DNA of 64,000 bases from an uncultured Nitrospiraceae bacterium. Its GTDB lineage: Bacteria; Nitrospirota; Thermodesulfovibrionia; Thermodesulfovibrionales; Dissulfurispiraceae. The stretch is from positions 2,016,001-2,080,000 of the forward strand of contig CAVSHF010000003.1 in assembly GCA_963727805.1 (NCBI GenBank), written 5' to 3'. The notes under the pieces are model-generated. The model saw nothing but the letters and a program-made list of their open reading frames with translations. It was not told the DNA's origin and did not search any database. This document shows positions 58,226-64,000 of this stretch, in pieces (within the stretch, counting starts at the first letter, position 1; every line of letters begins with the position of its first letter). The position numbers and the translations under genes are program-made.

Positions 58226-60988
58226 ATGTCGACCAGAGAATTAATCATCGAAGGTGCCCGGCAAAATAACCTCAAGAATCTGAACCTGCGGCTGCCTCAC
58301 AACACGGTTATCGCCATAACGGGCGTTTCGGGTTCGGGGAAGTCTTCTCTCGCTTTCGATACGATCTTTGCGGAAGGCCAGTGGAGGTTCATAGAATCGC
58401 TCTCAACCTATGCGCGCCTTTTTCTCGAAAAGCTCGACCGCCCAGATGTCGACAGCATACGCAATATACGGCCTGCGATCGCCCTCGAACAGAAAAACCC
58501 GGTTAGAGGATCGCGCTCAACCGTCGGGACTCTTACCGAACTCTACGATCTTTTCCGAGTCCTCTATGCCAGGGTCGCGATCCCCTACTGCCCAAAATGT
58601 GAAAAAGAAATACGCAAATGGGATGCCTCTCAAGTGGTTGCCGAATTGCTCGAACATTACAGGGACGATCGGGCACTCATCACCTTTGAGACCGAAGAAT
58701 CTCCTGAATCTCTCGCCAGCCGTGGCTTTCACCGTCTGCTCATAAACGGCGAAGTCAAAGAAATCGATGATTTAAAATCCGAGCCTTTACCTTTGAACTC
58801 TTTATGTGTTGTCCTCGACAGACTTGTGATTCGTGACGAGGCGCGGCTTTCCGACTCTGTCGAAACAGCGTGGTGGGAAGGCAAAGAGAGCATCTCAATT
58901 GTGATCGTCCGGACTGATGCACGTGGAGCACCTACCATGAAGCCACTCGTGTTTTCTTCAAAAAATGTCTGCGACGATTGCGGCATCGTTGTTCCCGAGC
59001 CATCGCCCATTCTATTTTCCTTCAACCACCCCCTCTGCGCGTGTCCGGAGTGCAAGGGGTTCGGGAACATTCTCAAGTATGATGAAGATTTAATCGTGCC
59101 AGACAAGCACCGCTCTCTTGCAGAAGGTGCTATTGAATTATGGGAGAGACCTGGCTACCACTGGTGGAAATTACAGCTAATAAAAGGTGCAAAGAAGGCC
59201 GGGATAGATGTTGCAAAGCCTTATTATCAGCTCAGCGACTCCGAGCGTGAGTTCGTCTTTAAAGGTAACGGGAAATTTAATGGCGTTAACAACTTTTTCG
59301 AAGAGCTCGAATCTAGGCGTTACAAACTTCACGTGCGGGTGCTTCTGAGCAGGTTCAGAACTCCCGTTGCCTGCCCAAAATGCCACGGCAAAAGGCTTTG
59401 TGAGGACGCCCTTGCTTACAAGATAGAGGGACTTGATATCGCCGATGTTTCCCTGAAACCAATTGCACATCTCTCGAAATGGGTTGCCGGCATCGAGCTC
59501 TCCCCGATGCAGCGCGACATTGCAAAAGAAGTCTTACGGCAGATTACGCTAAAGCTTGATTTTCTCATGAAGGTAGGGGTCGACTATCTTGCACCGGCTC
59601 GACAGGCCAAGACTCTTTCAGGCGGTGAATACCAACGGGTGAATCTCTCAAATCAGCTCGCCTCAGCCCTCACTGGAACTCTCTACGTTCTTGATGAACC
59701 CACCATAGGGCTCCATCCACGTGATACAAGGAGGATTGCAGAGATAATGTGCCGGCTCTCTTCTCAGGGGAATACCATCATCGTAGTCGAGCATGATAGG
59801 GATATTATTTCTTCGAGCGATTGGGTCGTCGAACTCGGCCCTGGCGGGGGCCACCTCGGCGGTGATATTGTTTTTTCAGGACCAATGGAGGAATTCCTAC
59901 AGGCAGACACGCTCACCGCAAAGTATCTGAGGGGCGAAAGTCCGAAAGAGAGGTCCGGGTTTTATGGGCTTAAGAAACAAGCGACCCTCTCGCCAAACAG
60001 ATTCATCACTCTGTATGGTGCTTCGGGAAACAATCTTAAAGACATTACAGTCATGTTCCCGATTGAATCCCTAACTGTAGTGTCCGGGGTGTCCGGTTCG
60101 GGAAAGAGCAGTTTGATTGTTGAGACGTTATTCAATGCCGTTGCCCGTCATTTAAGGGTAGATTCCGACCCGTCCCTCACATTTCAGCGCATCGAGGGCC
60201 TCGAACAAATAAAAGGCGTGAGGCTCATCGACCAGAGTCCAATCGGCAGGACACCGAGATCAAATCCTCTCACCTACCTCAAGATATTCGAGCCGATCAG
60301 GAAGCTTTTTGCCCAGCAGCCTGAAGCCAGGGCGCACGGTTACACTCCGGGTTTTTTTTCCTTTAATGTACCGGGTGGCAGATGCGAGACCTGCAAAGGC
60401 GAAGGATACCAGAAGATGGAGATGTATTTCTTCGAAGATATCTTCGTAAAGTGTGAGGACTGTAAGGGCAGGAGATACAAGGAAGATACTCTGCGTGTAA
60501 CATACAACGGGAAAAACATCCACGATGTGCTCGGCTTGACTGTTGACGAGGCATACGAGTTCTTCTCCGCAATTCCCGAAATATATTCCCGGATGGAACT
60601 CCTGCAGAGCATCGGTCTCGGTTACCTCGTACTCGGACAGCCCGCTACTACCCTCTCTGGAGGTGAAGCCCAGAGGCTCAAGATCTGCGCCGAATTGTCG
60701 CACACCTCTTTGCGCGGAGTGCTCTATATCCTGGACGAGCCCACAGTAGGGCTACACCATAACGATGTACTTATGCTCGCTGGGATTATACGCAGGCTGG
60801 TCGTTTCTGGAAACACCGTGGTTATTATCGAGCATAATCTTGATATTATAGAAAGAGCGGACTGGGTCATTGACCTTGGTCCGGAGGGAGGAGACGAAGG
60901 CGGTTTCGTTGTCTTCGAAGGAACGCCCGAAGCCATGAAGGATGCTCCTCTCTCACATACAGGACGGTATCTTAAGGAGTACTCATAA
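58226..60988 (+). CDS. uvrA: excinuclease ABC subunit A
   Basis: GARQNNLKN, TGVSGSGKSSLAFDT.FAEGQ, two LSGGE/LDEPT ABC modules, zinc-finger CxxC pairs. Confidence 0.95.
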   Translation: MSTRELIIEGARQNNLKNLNLRLPHNTVIAITGVSGSGKSSLAFDTIFAEGQWRFIESLSTYARLFLEKLDRPDVDSIRNIRPAIALEQKNPVRGSRSTVGTLTELYDLFRVLYARVAIPYCPKCEKEIRKWDASQVVAELLEHYRDDRALITFETEESPESLASRGFHRLLINGEVKEIDDLKSEPLPLNSLCVVLDRLVIRDEARLSDSVETAWWEGKESISIVIVRTDARGAPTMKPLVFSSKNVCDDCGIVVPEPSPILFSFNHPLCACPECKGFGNILKYDEDLIVPDKHRSLAEGAIELWERPGYHWWKLQLIKGAKKAGIDVAKPYYQLSDSEREFVFKGNGKFNGVNNFFEELESRRYKLHVRVLLSRFRTPVACPKCHGKRLCEDALAYKIEGLDIADVSLKPIAHLSKWVAGIELSPMQRDIAKEVLRQITLKLDFLMKVGVDYLAPARQAKTLSGGEYQRVNLSNQLASALTGTLYVLDEPTIGLHPRDTRRIAEIMCRLSSQGNTIIVVEHDRDIISSSDWVVELGPGGGHLGGDIVFSGPMEEFLQADTLTAKYLRGESPKERSGFYGLKKQATLSPNRFITLYGASGNNLKDITVMFPIESLTVVSGVSGSGKSSLIVETLFNAVARHLRVDSDPSLTFQRIEGLEQIKGVRLIDQSPIGRTPRSNPLTYLKIFEPIRKLFAQQPEARAHGYTPGFFSFNVPGGRCETCKGEGYQKMEMYFFEDIFVKCEDCKGRRYKEDTLRVTYNGKNIHDVLGLTVDEAYEFFSAIPEIYSRMELLQSIGLGYLVLGQPATTLSGGEAQRLKICAELSHTSLRGVLYILDEPTVGLHHNDVLMLAGIIRRLVVSGNTVVIIEHNLDIIERADWVIDLGPEGGDEGGFVVFEGTPEAMKDAPLSHTGRYLKEYS

Positions 60989-60991
60989 GAT

Positions 60992-61384
60992 ATGCTATTG
61001 AGAAAACTTACCCCTGCACTGACCGTAGATGATATAAAAAGCACGATTGCATTTTATCAGGACATGCTCGGCTTTGAAACCATCCTTACTGTTCCCACTA
61101 AAGACCAGATCGACTGGGCACTCATGAAATGCGGCGATATAGAGATCATGTTCCATGCGAAGGTCAACCACACCACCACGAAGCACCATATTGAAGGCAC
61201 TCTCACTTTTCATTTCGAAGGTGAAGGAGTGAAGGAGTTATATGAAGCTGTGAAGAACAAGGTCCGCATAGAGCGGCATCTCTATCCCACTTTTTATGGG
61301 ACGAATGAATTCTCGATGGAAGATTGCAATGGCTGCATACTCGTCTTTGCGGAGAAGCTCAAACAAAATGAGACCGTTGACTAG
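60992..61384 (+). CDS. VOC/glyoxalase/bleomycin-resistance family protein
   Basis: LTVDDIKSTIAFYQDMLGF, FYGTNEFSMEDCNG. Confidence 0.85.
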   Translation: MLLRKLTPALTVDDIKSTIAFYQDMLGFETILTVPTKDQIDWALMKCGDIEIMFHAKVNHTTTKHHIEGTLTFHFEGEGVKELYEAVKNKVRIERHLYPTFYGTNEFSMEDCNGCILVFAEKLKQNETVD

Positions 61385-62376
61385 CTTTCTGTCTTTTTGA
61401 AGACCTCGTCATAAAATCCCTTGTCCACGCTGAACCCGATTTCGAGTGAGAGAAGATTCGAAGGAACTCGCGGTAATTCCCTTATTTTCACCATGTCCTT
61501 CTCGGTAGTAATTAGAAAGTCGACCCCCAGCTTCATCCCGCAGTCCTCAAGGTCTGTCATGTCTGCTTGAACATAGCGGTAATGGTCGCTATAACTCTTA
61601 AATTTAACAATTGTGCAAGCGAGTGCCGACAGCGTTTTTCTGAAAGAGACTGGATTGGCAATGCCACAGAAAGCAAAGATATTCTTGTCTTTCATCAGAT
61701 CCATGTCCACATTGCCGTCGGGACCCCGCAACCCTGTGACTTCATGCGAAGCGAAATAGATAGGCGCTTTCTTATTAATCAATTTAATCTCACTTGCCAA
61801 GGCCTCATTTCTCACTTTTGTGATAACTATTATATCCGCATCCTTTAACTCACTGACGGGCCCGCGCAATCGCCCGACAGGCAACAGCTTTCGGTTGCCG
61901 AAAGGATCAAGACCATCGACCAAGACGACATCGACATCCCTGCTCAACTGCCAGTGCTGAAAGCCGTCATCGAGGATAAAAAGAAGTGGCAGCCCATCAT
62001 TGCCAAGATGCCGGGCAGCAAAGATGCCCCCCTGATAACGGTCCGCCGTTTTTACAACAGGCACATCTTTCAATCTTCCGGCCATTACCGCCGGTTCATC
62101 TCCGACATCTTCAACGGAGAGGCCTGCGCCGCTCCCCGCATACACAAAGCAGGGTCCTTTTGCCTTGCCCCTGTAACCCCTCGTCAGAATCACTGGTCTG
62201 TAGCCTCTTTTCTTCGCCTCTTCAGCCAAGGCGATGGCAGCAGGTGTTTTGCCGGTACCTCCGACCGTAATGTTGCCGACACTGATCACCTTATGAGGAA
62301 GCCTTTTCTGCTTACGGCGGGAACGCCATTTTTTGAATGAATAGCCTAAATAGTAGAACAATGGAATTGGCGTCAT
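61381..62376 (-). CDS. lpxK: tetraacyldisaccharide 4'-kinase
   Basis: VISVGNITVGGTGKTP, LTRGY, GDEP, LDDGFQH, LLPVGRLR, DHYRY, TTEKDMVK. Confidence 0.95.
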   Translation of the reverse strand: MTPIPLFYYLGYSFKKWRSRRKQKRLPHKVISVGNITVGGTGKTPAAIALAEEAKKRGYRPVILTRGYRGKAKGPCFVYAGSGAGLSVEDVGDEPAVMAGRLKDVPVVKTADRYQGGIFAARHLGNDGLPLLFILDDGFQHWQLSRDVDVVLVDGLDPFGNRKLLPVGRLRGPVSELKDADIIVITKVRNEALASEIKLINKKAPIYFASHEVTGLRGPDGNVDMDLMKDKNIFAFCGIANPVSFRKTLSALACTIVKFKSYSDHYRYVQADMTDLEDCGMKLGVDFLITTEKDMVKIRELPRVPSNLLSLEIGFSVDKGFYDEVFKKTES

Positions 62377-63785
62377 GGGTATGCATCAAGGAGGTAGTCA
62401 GCTAGATTGATCTTGTATTTATTGTAATCGAGTGTTTTCTTGACAGTCCTACGATAGTTTCCGTCAGGCCCTTTTTCTGAGAGGTCTATGAGGCTGTTTT
62501 TGACTTTTTTACCATTGTGATCAACGAGCAGCACGATCACCGGTCTTTCGGGATAATCCGAGTTGCCCCGGTATACAACTCCCAGTTCACGTGTATCGAG
62601 CACTACAAGCGTACCAATGGGATAGACCCCCATCATCTTGATGAATATTTTCAGCAGAACCGGGTCGACATGCTTGCCCGCATTGTCGATAAGGATCTGA
62701 AGTGCCACTTCAGGCGATTTCGGGACGCGAGAATATACCCTTGCCGAGGTCATTGCATCAAACCGGTCAGCAATCGTTACTATGTTTGAATAGAGATTGG
62801 TCTGCCCCGGTCGTTTTACTGCGGGATAACCCGACCCGTCGAAGTTAAGATGATGTTCGTATGAGACAACGGCACTCCTTATCGTTACCTGGTCAATTTT
62901 CATGGTATTCAAGATCGTTTTGACTCCCTCAACGGGATGGAGCTTCATTGTCTCCCATTCTTCATCGGTAAAAGGTGTTGCCTTATTCAGAATTTCATCC
63001 GGTATTAGGACCTTTCCGATGTCGTGAAGAAAGGCGGCGATCCCCAGTTCTGATAGTCTTTTTTTATTGAGTCCTAATTTCATGCCGAGGGCGAGAGAAA
63101 GAATACTTACGTTGACTGAATGGTGAAAAGTATATTCATCATAGTCCTTTATCGCCGTCATACTTATCATCATCTGCTCTTCCTGCAGCATGAGATCAAT
63201 CAGTGTATTGACGACCAGCTTAGCCTTCTTTATTTCAATACTCTCTTTTGCTTTTGCCTTACCGGTGACTGCCTTGAACTGGTATATAGCATTGAAATAG
63301 GTCTTTCTCATAACCTGTCGCTTATTGAGGATATTATCTTGCCGCGCATGCTTCAAAGTCCCGATAGCAATCGATTCGATAGTCTCAATTCCTCCCATCA
63401 GAGTGACATAAGGTGAATCGGATGAAAGGCATGAAAAGAAAGCCTTTATAAAGTCCTGCTGGTCACGACGAGAAATCCTGTCAGTATAAGTTATACTGCC
63501 CAGCCCCCGTTTCCGAAATTCGCTGATAAGAAAATCAAAGTTGAGATAGTACTGCACAGCATACCTCACCCTTGCCTGATTGAGATAGAAATATTCGCCC
63601 AGAAGTTCAAGCGTAAGCGTCTTTTCGGAGAGCAGCACCAGATTGACGGCCTCGATAAACGTATCGACAGCCTTGATGACAACCTCATTGTCGATACTGT
63701 ACGTTTGGCCTATCCTGAGCAAAATGGCCAGCCTGTTCACAATATCTTTTGCGTTCTTAATAGCAGAAACGTCTGGTTTATTCAT
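62373..63785 (-). CDS. HD-GYP domain protein
   Basis: YTFHHSVNV, LHDIGK, HPVEG, HHLNFDGSGYP, IADRFDAMTS.R, G.YPIGT.V. Confidence 0.88.
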   Translation of the reverse strand: MNKPDVSAIKNAKDIVNRLAILLRIGQTYSIDNEVVIKAVDTFIEAVNLVLLSEKTLTLELLGEYFYLNQARVRYAVQYYLNFDFLISEFRKRGLGSITYTDRISRRDQQDFIKAFFSCLSSDSPYVTLMGGIETIESIAIGTLKHARQDNILNKRQVMRKTYFNAIYQFKAVTGKAKAKESIEIKKAKLVVNTLIDLMLQEEQMMISMTAIKDYDEYTFHHSVNVSILSLALGMKLGLNKKRLSELGIAAFLHDIGKVLIPDEILNKATPFTDEEWETMKLHPVEGVKTILNTMKIDQVTIRSAVVSYEHHLNFDGSGYPAVKRPGQTNLYSNIVTIADRFDAMTSARVYSRVPKSPEVALQILIDNAGKHVDPVLLKIFIKMMGVYPIGTLVVLDTRELGVVYRGNSDYPERPVIVLLVDHNGKKVKNSLIDLSEKGPDGNYRRTVKKTLDYNKYKINLADYLLDAYP

Positions 63786-64000
63786 GTTTGATCATGTGCA
63801 GGGCTGCAGCAACGTGCTCCCGCAGGAGAGGCTCGGAAGCGTTGCCCAGCTTCTCAAGAAGTGGAAGCGCTTTACTGCTGCCGGCCAATCCGAGATAATG
63901 TGCGGCACATGCCCTAGATTCAATTCTCTTTCTGCTGCTGAAGATATTTTTTTTCTTCAATAAACTGATCATATATTCGTCCACTTCACCATCGTTTAAT
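63778..64000 (-). CDS. HEAT-repeat protein, C-terminal part (runs off window end)
   Basis: RACAAHYLGLAGSSKALPLLEKL...LLREHVAAAL; overlaps the HD-GYP start. Confidence 0.6.
   Translation of the reverse strand, partial: LNDGEVDEYMISLLKKKNIFSSRKRIESRACAAHYLGLAGSSKALPLLEKLGNASEPLLREHVAAALHMIKHE

Noticed and set aside
1..64000. CRISPR arrays, cas genes, intact integrases or prophage, rRNA
   Set aside because: No regularly spaced repeats or such genes seen by eye; only small transposase relics

Overview
Bacterial chromosome segment of roughly 50% GC. Its gene content (futalosine menaquinone pathway, anaerobic cobamide operon with a ThiC-like gene, lpxK, glnS plus gltX) suggests an anaerobic diderm such as a Thermodesulfovibrionia-like Nitrospirota or a deltaproteobacterium; this is inference. 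In order, the window holds: an arfB-like / small CxxC-UGA-CxxC / YkgJ cluster; a ferritin-like gene; a lone GH108 muramidase; lutABC; a HAMP-GGDEF gene coupled to a UvrD helicase; a cobalamin riboswitch driving a ~15 kb bzaF-like/cob/cbi operon; and a small decayed island 3' of tRNA-Ala (Crp/Fnr regulator, secreted FN3/TSP-repeat protein, gene relics). Next come a housekeeping block (aroD, three M16 peptidases, recN, pnp, rpsO, gltX, icd, glnS), a second variable region 3' of tRNA-Leu (DUF2950, glgC relic, kup, csp, IS3 relic), and mqnE-mqnC-trxB, uvrA, lpxK and an HD-GYP gene. The most notable hidden signals are: (1) a probable 54-aa selenoprotein missed by the ORF track (in-frame UGA plus a SECIS-like hairpin); (2) a GGDEF cyclase and an HD-GYP protein, each altered at guanine-recognition positions; (3) a Crp-regulator module with a duplicated CRP-box promoter region and a variant c-di-GMP-I-like riboswitch with its terminator. 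All calls come from reading the sequence; no searches were run.
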